A DNA stretch of 64,000 nucleotides, from the NCBI GenBank assembly GCA_028023455.1, contig JAQFVV010000011.1, positions 1-64,000 of the forward strand, written 5' to 3'. The position numbers and the translations under genes were made by a program. The stretch comes from Epiperipatus broadwayi. Its lineage: Eukaryota > Animalia > Onychophora. Shown piece by piece: positions 37,726 through 50,610 of this stretch (its first letter is position 1; every line of letters begins with the position of its first letter). A model generated the notes under the pieces. The model was not told the DNA's origin, searched no databases, and saw only the letters and a program-made list of their open reading frames with translations.

Positions 37726-37808
37726 GCATTGGTGGCCTAGCAGTTAGCATAGCTGCCTTCCAAGCAGCTGTCTCAGGTTCGCCTTCTGGTCAATGCACTT
37801 GACATAGG
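37726..37808 (+). mobile_element. tRNA-Gly(TCC)-derived SINE head / tRNA pseudogene
   Basis: GCATTGGTGGCCTAGCAGTTAGCATAGCTGCCTTCCAAGCAGCTGTCTCAGGTTCGCCTTCTGGTCAATGCA follows the tRNA-Gly(TCC) layout with a disrupted T arm. The tail ttgacata is shared with the other copies. Confidence 0.75.
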
Positions 37809-38036
<228 letters not shown>

Positions 38037-39044
38037 GTTCTTACATAGATGATTCCTCACAAGCTAGACACATATATAATTAAATTCTTGGATTTTCTCA
38101 AAAAAAATCGATGGAATGCTGTGGAACAAAGTAGGTGATAACACATATTGCAAGAAAAAATATGAAATTGTAGTAAGTAGTAGCTTGAATCAGTTTCTAT
38201 CCTTTCCTACTTTCTCAGTACCCTCATATTTGCCTCTGTGAACATAAGTTACTATAACTTTATTTTTTTTTCTTACCATTATTATATTTCAGTTTTTGTA
38301 TAAATTTGTGAATCTATTAATAATGGTTAGAGGAAAATGTCCCACTGATAAAAAAGAAGAGTCATTTCTTAAGTGTTTTCTGACTAATTAAGATGAAAAT
38401 GATATGCAAATATAAAGGAGATCAAAGTTTATCTTCAATAGCTTATAAGCTTGGCTTCACTCACTTTTATATATATATTGTAATGGGATGGGAAAGATAG
38501 GATGATCATCCCTGGAATGAATCATCATGGGGTGATGGGAAAAAATATTTCAATTAAAATTAATTTAAATAATGTTTAATATCACAGAAATATTTAAGCA
38601 ATTTTATAAATTGCATAAAAGAGAGCATGAGAAAGATCAGTCTGAGATCTCAGCCAGCTAACTCAGAAGAGCAACTAGAAGTATAATTAACTATACATCA
38701 CCCAGCATTATAATACTAAGTATAAGTAATATTCAAAATAACCATTCATCATTGTGAATGGTCAACAAAATACAGCAATACAATAAATCAACAATCAATC
38801 TGGCATCTGAATTGGAATTGGGTCTTCTGTAGACCAGGCTAACTATTAAGCCATTGCCAGCTTTGGGCAATTATTTAAATCTTAATTTTGGATGCACCAC
38901 TTAAGTGCTAATCCATAGAATACATAAGAATCTAAACAATAATGCTGGGACATTAAAACATCCTGATCATCATCAATGCTCTAGCCACTTAGTACTATTA
39001 ATGTAATAAACATCACATGACCACCAATTCTTATCCATGTGTAT

Positions 39045-39360
39045 AACTGAGTTCAGACCCACATGACTATATAAGCTAATGGGCTTGGATTGAAAACATT
39101 AAGGTGTTTTCAGTTTAAGACTCATAGTTTTGTAGTTAAGTGGAGATAAAAGGTGGCTGCTGGAGAGTTGCATTAGAACCTAAGATCTAGATGCAGTGCT
39201 TTCAGATCCAAGGCTCCTCACTGACGAATGCCACAAGACAGAAACTAGTCAGGGGATATTGGATGATTAGGCACTAGATGGAGATTTTATGCACAAACCT
39301 TCTGGTATCTATTGATTACTCTAGCTTCCTGTGTGTGGCGATACATATAGTGAGTTTTGC
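39045..39360 (+). mobile_element. Family HH-A forward copy with intact hammerhead core nucleotides
   Basis: Aligns with 27201-27517. Reads TCCTCA CTGACGA ATGCCACAAGACA GAAAC TAGTC AGGGGA (core 39221-39227, GAAAC 39241-39245). Confidence 0.88.
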
Positions 39361-39659
39361 CTGTTTTACTATTAATGTACTGGCCAACTATGACTTAATT
39401 TCTAATGAACTAAACTAAGTAAAATTTAGTGCAGGGGATTTGAAGAATATAATCCTCATGCCAAGCCAAGACAATGTCATACTGGATACCCCTAAAGCAC
39501 TAGATATACCCCCACTTATATATTCAGCCAGTTATACATGAATCTAGCTCAGAACACAAGCTCTATAATTGTTCTGGTGATGAAAAAATGATGCAATACA
39601 ATTTTAACAATTGAATTCAAGTTTATTAATAACAATACAACAAAAATGAAAATAAGGTC

Positions 39660-40340
39660 TTTGATTTTGATTAACATAAAATTAAAAAAATTATCACATT
39701 TGTGATTTACAAAATTACTATACACAATTCAAGTTATTACTATTGTTTAAATATCTCTTAATGGGTTCACATATATATAATTTGCATGGACGTGCAATAT
39801 ATTAGTTTATAATGAATACATTTGATTTGTCAAAAAAAATAGATTAAAATTTACATACAAGTACTACTTGACACTCAGTGATATTTGCAATACAATTGAC
39901 ATATATAGACACATACATGTGTGTGCATGTAATTTCTGAACATAATTAACTTATTACAAAACAAACATTTTTAGTTGTCATTTTCAAATGACCCAGGGTT
40001 TATATATATGTTCCAATAAGTTTACTTGAAACCAATTCAGCACACAGGCATGTGATTTGATATAAAATGAACAGGTTTGAATTGACATTGAATACTAAAT
40101 TTAAAAAATGATTAAATTTTACTTGTGCCTATCTGACACACATTGGTATTTGCTATACAATTGACATATATATATGCACACATAACTGTGCAAGCATATT
40201 GTCATAAATTAAACATTTTTAGTTGTCATTTTTAAATGATTAAAATTTACATATATGGGTTGATTAACATAAAATCAAAATTCGTTTTATTACATTATGG
40301 TTTACATATATGTTCCAATAGGTTTACTCAAAACACATAT
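39660..40340. repeat. Degenerate AT-rich direct repeats
   Basis: atacaattgacatatata...aaacatttttagttgtcattt occurs at ~39890 and ~40155. atatatgttccaata.gtttact occurs at ~40003 and ~40305. ttgattaacataaaat occurs at ~39668 and ~40260. Confidence 0.7.
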
Positions 40341-41733
40341 ATATGATCTGCGTACATATGTGCAGTACAATAATTGATTAATTATATAAATGAATTTCCT
40401 TTTCTATTATATTTGATAATAGCAAAAACTCATTTTTCTTTTTATAGGATAAGATGTAATATATATATATATGTGTGTGTGTGTGTGTATATTTGCACAT
40501 TGATGTTCACCTATTTTAATTTGCTACAATATTATTCAAAATATACTTTCCATAATTAATTTCTTGGTTAATATTCATAGTATATAAAATTCTATCTTAA
40601 TTATTATAGTTTCTTTTCCTTCTTTTTAAAAAGAAATAAAGTCAATTTTATGATAGGTCACTTTTTGATTGTTGATTAATTAATTATCAATGCCTTTAAA
40701 TTAATCTATTCTTTACTTTTTGATTTTTAATTCAAACAAAATTATGCTTGTATTTTAAGTTATATATATATTTTTAACACCATTTTTTAAATAAAGAATT
40801 ACCAAAACAACTTCTTTTAAATATATATATCAAATTGTCTCTCTTTTAGATGTATAACTCAAACAAATTATTCATTTGTTTTACTTTAAGTTATTGTTAT
40901 AATTTTAAAAGTCATTTTAAAGATTCTAAATTAACTCACCAGCTGTATATATGTTTATCCATGCTTCTCTGCATATAGATACATCAGCATATGTATAATT
41001 ACTTCTTTACCAACTGATGGGGTTCTTTTGGTAAACTTGGTTTTTGGTCCAGATAAGGGTTGTTCTGCAGTTGGTTCCACTTAGCCTAGGATTTGATAAG
41101 CTTCAGGCCAGCAAACCATTTTCTCAGAACACATTTGTAACTATGAATATCAACACAAATAAGTTGGTCATTTTCCTTCATATAAATTCAAACTCCAATA
41201 TTGAACTGTAGAGCAGCTGTTTCTTGCATTCTTACATCTTCATGCAGTTTTCTGCATAACTATACTAACCATCTCTGCAACTAGCTTTACTGTTGCCATT
41301 CTTTGCTACAATTACAAACAAACTGCAGCTAACTACTTCACAAAATTTTTTACTAACTTTGCAACAAGCGATGAGCCAGCTGCTTCTCTAAATATTAAAA
41401 CCAGACTGAAATAATATTTTTATCCAAACCTTTTATAGACTTGGATTGAGATGATAAAAACACTAATTTTGAAAACAGAGGGTTTTTTATCTCTCTAATT
41501 CCTATCTTGATTAAAATCAATTTTAATCACTACTTTGAAATTTTACCAAAAGTGTAATCTACATGTTTTTACTCTTTTCAAATCACTTTTAATTAAAAGC
41601 TTTTTGGAATTTTTAATCTATAAAGATTTTTAAAAATAGATAAAGAAATGTATACAAACATTAATTAAAAGATTTTCAAAGATATACATTTTTACAATTA
41701 TCAGTAGACATGCTTGTTTTTAAATTCAAAATC

Positions 41734-41926
<193 letters not shown>

Positions 41927-42644
41927 AAAAATTTTAATATTTATTTAGATCTTTTTAAATGTTTAAATTTATAATAAATTATGTTTAAATTCAGAATTAT
42001 TTAACCCTTTATTTACTATTTTTATTTCAAGTGAAATGTAGAAAATATCTACAAAAATTTATGACTGTTTATTTCTACTTTTCCTTTACTTTATATATAT
42101 GAACATACACAACTATGTTGCTGTGTGCCATGTAACCCAGATTGTTACAATATTGTATAAAGTAATACAGAAATGTATGAAGTTTATATTTATTTTTGCA
42201 TCTACATTTAATATTTATTATCACCTGCATAATTTAATTCAGAAGAGTATAGGACTTTAGATCTAAAGATACAACATATCACAATTCAATCAGATAATTT
42301 CCAGTGTGCAAACATTATCATTTCACAAGTGATAAACCACCTGTTATATATTTATCATGTTATTCTTTAAGCCAAACTTTTTTTTTATTATCATTGTATA
42401 TAATCCCAATGATAGTTATTATATGAAATATTTGTATTCTGATATTGATAGCATTTTGTAAAATAATACTCATGTCAGTAGAGAACTGTCTGTAAAAATA
42501 ATTCATTCTAGTGCTAATTTGTATTTGGTGATATTTAATATCCACTGACAAAAAAATTCTCCAAAATTGCAATATTATGTATTTCAGTTTTCATAGTCTA
42601 CTTTTTAATATTTAGATACAAGTATAGTATATATACTTAAGATA

Positions 42645-43152
42645 GATATAATTAGAAGGGATTTGAATTCAGACTTTCAAGCTCCCTTCAGTCATCCATT
42701 CCTTCTTATACAACCAATACACATGACCACATAATGTGAAAAAGATAAATGATCTCTAATATATGTATTTTGTGCTGAACTAGCACTCATCAGTTGGACT
42801 GGGATCATCATCCACATATGGCAACATGGGTATGACAACAAAATTGGCAAAACTAGGAATTTGAACATGCCATCATCAGATTTTTAAAGATATGGATGGC
42901 TGAAGAATTGGAAAGTGAAGAAGTCTAAAGCCTGTCCATTAAAGTTTGAAGATTTGCTATCTTAATATAAACTGAACACTGATTATATATGTGTGTGGGA
43001 AATGATGATTGGGACCAACTGATGAGTCCTGGTTCAGCACAAAATATGGTTATTGAAGATCATTTACCTTTTACCCATCTATGTGGTCATGTGTATTAGT
43101 TGTATAAGAAGTTGATCTTGAAAGTCTGGGTTCAAATCCCCTCTAATTATAG
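42645..43152 (+). mobile_element. Family HH-B head-to-head pair: inverted partial copy plus forward copy, each with a hammerhead motif
   Basis: 42645-42812 is the reverse complement of ~43000-43152. Cores are at 42793-42787 (-) and 43019-43025 (+). Stem II is GTGCT(A)G-TT-CAGCAC. Confidence 0.88.
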
Positions 43153-43952
43153 TTTACTTTTAAGTAATTTACTATGCTAATTTAAAATCTTTTTTTAGGT
43201 GTCATTTTATAGAAGGTGTTTGCAAATTTCACATTATTAAAAATGTAGAAAATAATTTGTTGTCTATATATGTGTATATATGTATGTAAAACTAAATAGT
43301 TATTAATAAATTGAAATATTAATCATGAATATTGGTATTGGAGCTATATTTTTATTACAAATAAAAATAAAATTTGAATAGGGAATAAACATATATTTAC
43401 ATTAATGTTTTTTTAATACATGGCATAAATGAATTAATGAAACCAAACATCAAATAAATATAAGACTACGAGTTTAAAATAATACTATCTATAAAAAATA
43501 CTCTACAAAATCCATTTTTATTTAATTTGATGAATAATGCACTAAAAACCCAAAAAATAATTTACTTCTTCAAAACAATTTTGGTTATTACATATAACTG
43601 GAAATAAAAGTATGGGCATCCATAAGTTAATTAAATTAATTGCCAATTTTAACAGTAATGATTAAATTAAGTAATTTATGGATCCCTTATCTTTTGTTTT
43701 AAGTTTTATATAATTACCAAAATTATGGTTAAAAAAGTAATTTTTTTTTTTAGTGCACTACTTATTAAATTAAATAAAAGTGTTTTTATAATACATTTTA
43801 TATATATATTATTTTTTATTTCTAATATTTGGATATTTTGCAATAGGTTTTTTATAACTATTCATATTCAAATTTAAAAACTGAGAATCTACACAATTTT
43901 GCCATAAATATTAACAAATTCATTACTTCATTTATTTTGCTGTAATATCTTA

Positions 43953-44169
43953 TATAAATGCAATTTATCCACTACTTTGAACACTTTTTAGCAAAAACTT
44001 TTATTGACCTATATTCATGCACATTCTTATGTTTTGACTGTTCTGCAGTCTTTTTCAGAGCTATGAAGAAAACTGCAAGATAGTCGAAATGTAAGATTGT
44101 GCATGAATATAGGTCTATAAAAGGTTTTTGCTAAAAACTGTTCAAAGTAGTGGGTAAATTGTATTTATA
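43953..44169. mobile_element. Loop-less palindrome with apex at AG|CT and a decayed HH-C hammerhead in each arm
   Basis: Right arm: AGCT ATGAAGA AAACTG CAAGA TAGTC GAAAT GTA AG. Left arm reverse complement: AGCT CTGAAAA AGACTG CAGAA CAGTC AAAAC ATA AG. Inferred consensus CTGAAGA AGACTG N5 CAGTC GAAACGTA. Confidence 0.85.
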
Positions 44170-44344
44170 ATTTTGTCATATTTCTAGTATTTGAAATAAA
44201 AGCATTAAAAAACCATTTACAAGATTTTTATATTTATGAAGATACTTTTCAAAAAAAGAAAGTTTAGTTAAACAATCAATTAAGATTTCAACTTTTATTT
44301 TTCTTCCTTCCTATTTTAGTGGATTAATCATTAAATTCTATGAG

Positions 44345-44425
44345 ATGTGATGTACTGTAGCTTCTTCTTAAACAAAGTTAAGAATATCTCAGCAATTATA
44401 CCAAGAGAAACTTGTTAGTTATTTA
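44345..44425 (-). mobile_element. Severely 5'-truncated 3' tip of the LINE family at 33625
   Basis: gatgtgatgt..gcttct.cttaaac.aagt.aagaat.tctcagcaattatacc.agagaaa matches 33630-33705. Confidence 0.75.
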
Positions 44426-44516
44426 ATTTTACATATTTTAAAAATATATCGCCATCTATTGTGCACTACTGAAAACTTACTGAGACAATATCACAGCAGT
44501 TTGAAATTCAACTCAC

Positions 44517-44565
44517 CAATACTGATAGGTTGGACAATCTTGAAATATGGTATTGTCATCAATAC
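44517..44565 (-). CDS. Candidate coding exon 2 of an unidentified minus-strand gene
   Basis: tatgttag|GT ATT GAT GAC...CAG TAT TG|gtgagt encodes (C)IDDNTIFQDCPTYQY. Phase is compatible with 46031-46082. Confidence 0.5.
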
Positions 44566-46030
44566 CTAACATATATATAAGATTTGAAGAAAATATATTT
44601 ATTAGAAGTATGTTAAAAATTGGTTGCAAGATTTGACTCAAATAAACAAACAGAATTTCTAAGTTAAATAAAAGCATTCAAAAATAAATGGTATTACCTA
44701 AATTGAAGATATATTTCGGTTAAATTCCCTCTGTAATGACATACTTGGCTTCAATGCAACAGAAACATACAACCAAGTAACTAAGTCAGAAATTCTTTCA
44801 TCTGATCATCACTGGTGAGTGTTTATCATCCTTGCTCTCTTTATCTTAATGTAGACAAATACAAAATCTTGCATTTATAGCTATATTTTAAGCTTTGACT
44901 AAAGGGCTTTATGATATAGTAACAACTGCATCTGTCTGCCAGGCCTCATGATTTGAGATTCAAATCTAGATGAACATTTTTTTTAAGTAACTAAAGATTT
45001 TTAAATTTAGAATCTATTTTCAGGTAACCAGTCCTTTCATACCCATCCTAGTGGTAGTTTCATATAGTAGTTAATGCTTTCAGTTACTGTGCCCATGACC
45101 TGGGGTTCAAATTCATGCTGGGTGATCCTTGAGAATTTTTAAGGTATAATTAGACTTTAAATTTACTTTCTGATGTTGGCACAAAACCAGCTCAGCTAAT
45201 GATTCAGTATTGGGGCCAGTGAATGGATATTTAGCTGTTATTAACTAGTCTTGGGGTAGTTTTAGCTGGTCAGATGATTGTAAATTCTTTAACTGAAAAA
45301 ACTAACAATATATTTGTGATATAATGCAGCTTTTTTCACTGGTAAGTGAAACATCCATGTCATATATAGTTCTAAGGGTGTGGAACCATGATTTGCCTTA
45401 CTTTTAAGAGATTATCTAGCTATTCTTAGCTAAATTTGAATAGATTAAAAAAACCCACAAAATTCTCACCAAATTGACTAACCTCTATATTCTTTACTAT
45501 TTCTCGGGGTGGGGTGAAGGGATTCTATAATGGACGACTTAAAATTGTTTTGAATTTATCATAATTTTTAACAAGTTCTGTTACTTAGAACTTATTATTA
45601 AATTATCATCGTGTATATGATAAAAAATAAAGACTTATCTTTTATACAGTTGTAGTTACTGAAACAATTGAAACTTTTAGGAATCCTAACATCTGTAGAT
45701 CATAACTCTATTACATTAACAGTTTATTAGTTCATTTATTTACTTTATCTTTTTTCCTTCTTTAAATAATATAATAAATACACCGATTATAGTAGCAAAT
45801 GACAATTTATATTATATACTCTAATGAAACTATGCGCTATTCTTAAAAACATATTCATCCTCATACAATTTTTCCTGTTTTTAATTTTTTTTTTTTTTTT
45901 AAAAAAAGACGGTTTATTGCTGGGGAATTCACAATAGGTTCGAACACCGTAAGTGACAAAGGCAAAGTTGGGTTGCAAACCATAGACTCTATCATTCTAT
46001 TACTGCACCAAACCAGGCAGGGCCCCTTAC

Positions 46031-46082
46031 AATTAATTGTATTTAATATTTTAGGGAACTTATCATCATTAAATGGCGGCAT
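46031..46082 (-). CDS. Candidate first coding exon of an unidentified minus-strand gene
   Basis: Strong acceptor ttttttatttcag at 46101, ATG at 46082, MPPFNDDKFPKILNTIN, then T|gtaagg. An upstream donor GTAAGT lies at 46218-46213 within a CpG-rich zone. Confidence 0.5.
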
Positions 46083-46099
46083 TTCTATGTATTCGCACG

Positions 46100-46500
46100 T
46101 CTGAAATAAAAAAACAACAACTTTCATATGTCATACTGATTAAATAATTTGATCATAAATTTTAGAATAGTTATAGCAAATATTTGTTTATTTACAGTAA
46201 TTTGAAATCGCAACTTACACGCGTTTCAAGCCGCACATGTGTTTACCCGCGATTACTGCTAACAAATTTTTACTACTAAAATGATAAAACCACACTTGGG
46301 TTGTAATTAGTTTTTAATTTCAGTATTGTCTTTCTGTGAGATATTCTTATCGGTAACCGCAGACTTACTAATTAATGATTGTGCAACATTAATACTAACA
46401 TTCACGTTTACACAAAGCTGTTACTAGTTTAATGAACATTAATGAGAATGTTAATCGACTATGTAAAACTCTTAATACCATTACAAACTCATCTGTCTGT
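46100..46500. promoter_or_regulatory. CpG-retaining probable promoter / 5' non-coding exon
   Basis: Cluster of CpGs (acgcgt, gccgca, ccgcga, atcggtaaccgc) next to the candidate start exon. Confidence 0.45.
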
Positions 46501-48039
46501 TATTAAAGTGGCAATCACTTCACAGTTATCCTTTTTTAAATAAAACAAAAGATATGAAAGAACTTAATCTTTGTTATTGTGTAGTATTACGTAAAATTTA
46601 AATAAAACACAAGACTGTTGCTTTCTTTTGTTTTGATCTGTTGTGTTAGCTTTTCTGTCGTTAAAAAAAAAAAAAATGAGCAAGATTAATTTATTTGTAT
46701 AAATGAACATGTTTATAAAAGTTTAACTATATTTTTATTTGAATGCATTTACGTCCGGAATTACATACATCTTTATTAAGACATGGAATAACAGTTTAAG
46801 GTCACGCAACTAACGTTAGTGAAAAAGAAACAATTAATTTAATAAAAGAAAAATATACTAAAAAAAGAAATTGCTTATAAAATTAATATTTTATTTTTTG
46901 CTGAACTTTTTGAATATATATTATTGATAACATTTAAAAAAAAAAAAATTTATAAAACAATTTGAAAGATGAAATAGAATTTCTCGTAGCTGTAAATTGT
47001 AATAATAAATATGGGAATAGAATAAGAAATCATTACGTTCACAAATTATTTTAACAATTTACTCATTGAAATAAAAAACTTAAAATATTATAGGGAAAGC
47101 AAAAAATCAAACCAAAAAAGTATTTTTTTTTTAAAAAAAAAAGGAAAAAACAGTTACTTAAAATATATCAATAATGTATGGAGGCATATAATTTTATGTA
47201 TGGCTTATTTTTATTACATATAATTCATATATTATTCTTATATATATATTACCAGCTTATTTTGTATTACATTTAAAATCAAAGAAATTGCAATTTTTAA
47301 TTAGTGCAATTATGGCTTTAATAGGACAAAAATTACTTTATGCTCATTTCTTTTTATGCATTTCAAGTTTTTACCAACATATAATTTTGCAACAGAATAC
47401 TTCGTTAACAACTGTTTACTCCCCCTCCCTCCCCCTCTATTTTTCTCTATCACATATCTGCTTTAATATAATGTATATTTAAAACTACATCCTCAACTTT
47501 ATAAATGCTTTCATCATATGCATAATATATATATGCATGTGCGTACTGAAAACAATAATAATTAATTATAGAGATCATTAAGATATTTGAAAAATTACTA
47601 ACTTTTAATGAAAATTTGAATAAATGTAAAAATATAAAGTTCACGTTTATTTCAAAAACTTAGTTCTATTTTATAAATATTGCTTGTTTGAAAGGAATCT
47701 TGTTATTAATATCAAAATAATGGTCAGATTCTAAAACTGCATTTTTTTAAAGAATATTTATTTAATTGTAACAGATATTCATATATTTATGAATAATACA
47801 TTTTCGATATATATTCTATTGCAAGTAATAATGCAGAATAGATTTCGAATTTCTACCATCTGCTGAAAAGATTCTCTATTTTATGAAACATCAAATTAGA
47901 CTTATAAATATTTTAAGCTTTACTGAATATTTATATGCACAAACAGATATACATTCTCAACTACACAAAGATCTTTTTATGTGAATATATGTACATTAAG
48001 TAACCTATTGACATTAAAAATCCTATAGACAATATCTCT

Positions 48040-48226
48040 ATATTTATTTATCTATCTATTCATCTACCTACCTACCTAATATATATTTATCTACCTACCT
48101 ATCTATCTTTCTCTCTTCCTGTCTATCTATCTATCTTTCTATTTGCCTGTCTATCCATCTGTCTATCGATCCATCTACCTATTTATCTATCTATCTACTT
48201 ACCTACTTACTTACCTATCTATCTGT
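48040..48226 (+). repeat. Degenerate (TATC/TACC)n tetranucleotide microsatellite
   Basis: Directly visible. Confidence 0.9.
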
Positions 48227-48699
48227 AGGCACAGATATTAATTCATAGCTCCACTTATATTTTAGAATGAAATATTTTCTTGCCAACGAACCATTTAATA
48301 TAAGTTTATTGATTTTAAAAATCTCATTAGTTTATATCAGGGTATGTATACACACTGACAGGCACATATATATTTCAATATACAATAGCAGATAAAGTGT
48401 TATGAAGTACAATGTCTTATTGCCAAAATAGAGGAGTTAATGCAACTCAGATTTATATGTATTGAATTTTCTATTTTCTGACAAGTTATTCACTATAATA
48501 CTATTTTTTGTGAATATCATTAATTAACATTGTTTGTTTCCTATAAGACCTAATATTATATATCTTCATTCTAAATTTAAAAACACTAAATATATATAAA
48601 AACAATCAAACTATATAAAGATAAGGGGAAAACTTTGTAAGTTTTTTCAAAATTAGTAGTAAATGCACATTTATTTAAGAATTAAAAAACAGAAATATC

Positions 48700-50610
48700 T
48701 TCTGAAAAGAGACATATTAAGCTTAGATAGGTACATCTCAAAGTATAAGGGATATTTAAAATGGATGCTATACATGCTTTAAATAAGAAAACATGAAAAA
48801 AATATATACAAATAATTCATCTTTATAATAATTTGAATAGAAAATGTAGACTTTAGGAATTAAATAGCTTGAAAAAAAAAATGTAAGAGAAAGATAAAAG
48901 TAAAGTAAAGATAAAAAATGTTCAATGAAATGAGGCTTAATACAAAATAGAATAAAAAATTTAACAGAAAGGATATGATAAAAACAAGAAATGTGAAAAC
49001 GTTAATTCCAAGTAGTTAGTGTTTAATAATAAATTTAGTAAAAATTGTAGATAATTAAATGATGATGAGTACTTTAAGATTAAGGATAAGAAAATGAGTA
49101 ATGTGTGAATGATAAGAAAATTGGTACTTACAACTGTGAATGGAAGAGAATCAATGACTGAGATGATGATAAGAAAGGAGAATATGAGAGTGTTTCTTCA
49201 GAGAGAAATTATAAGAAACATATTTGGATAAAATTGATAATGGTTAGAAAAAAATAGGTATGTGAAATACTATACTCAACTAGTAGAATTAGGGAGGATA
49301 TCAAAGAATAAAAGTACCAGCAGAAATGATAGGAATGAACAGATTGTTGATTTTGATAAAGGTTGAATATAAATGAGTAATTGTAGCAAAGAATGTCCAT
49401 GAAAGTTAGAATGAAGATTGAAAAATCATAATATGTGGCAACTTAGATGGTTCAGACATTAAAATAGGAATGATAAAAAGGACTAAAAACATTTAATAAA
49501 ATAGCAATGATCATAATTTTATTAGATTTTTGAATAATAGAATGCAAAATATATTAGAAGATTCAGCAAGAGTGACACAGAGACAATGACTGAATCTAAA
49601 TTGAATAGGTTTGGTTTAAAGTTAATAGGTTATAAGAAGAAAGAAAGAAAATGGAATTATATGTAATTTAGAAAGTTTAAGAAAATGGAAAGGCATAGAG
49701 AAAGTTTAAAGAAATTATTAAAAAACCAAATGGAAGAAGAGATAGTATGATTAAAATGGGATAATTACTGAGGAGGGTGAGAGGGCAACTAAAATATAAT
49801 TAAGACAGAAATGATGTGAATTTAATAAAAAAATAATTAAAAGTACAACAGTGTAAAATTATGAAAAATTTTGGAGGTATATTAGGAGCAAAACAAAAGA
49901 AAATAATATAAAGCAAAGTGATTGTGGGGTCAGAGAAGAATTTAGAAAACTCAAAAAGTTTATACTTTAAAGATTAGATGTTGGAGAATTGTTAGGGAAA
50001 TTAATGCAAGAAAAAGTGGATAAAGGAGTGTCTCAGAATTAAACATAGAAATAGATAGATCAAGAAAAGAAAAGCAGGAATGAATAATTTGGCAAATGAA
50101 ATGCCAATAGTTATGAGAAAATACAATAAGGATTGATTTAATAGAAAGTTTAACAAAATATATAAATAAGAATGAGATACCAATAAAATGATAGGATATA
50201 AGAATTAGGTTATCATATTTAAAACAAGAGAAAAATAATTTTGGAATAAAACTAGCTACAAATCAGTAATGATAACTTCCATAATGGGTGAAATATATGC
50301 AAATGAATATAATATTGGTTAAACTTAGGATTTTGATGGAAGATTGTAATATTTTGGGAGAGATTAAAAATAGGTTTCATTAAGAAAATGGATAAAAGAC
50401 AATGCATTTATCATTTCTCTTATTGGTCAAAATAAATTACAGAAAAAATAAACAACTATTTATATTATTCTTTGATAAAGAAGAGACTTATAACTGAAAA
50501 AGAATTATGGGAAAGTCTTAATAATATTTATAAACATCAAAAGAGGAATATGAAGTTACATGTGAAATAGTGTTGAAACAAGGTTGTCCATTATTTCTTT
50601 TATTAGTAAG
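48700..50610 (+). mobile_element. Highly decayed LINE (APE/RT) remnant
   Basis: Purine-rich strand with RT-like remnants: YKSVMITSIMGEIYA near 50260 and KQGCPLFLLL at 50576-50605. Confidence 0.6.

Noticed and set aside
37726-37797. Functional tRNA-Gly(TCC) gene
   Set aside because: The T arm and D arm are disrupted, there is no oligo-T terminator, and it shares a tail with dispersed SINE copies.
44700-44814. Plus-strand open frame ending at G|GTGAGT
   Set aside because: No credible acceptor, and an in-frame stop lies immediately upstream.
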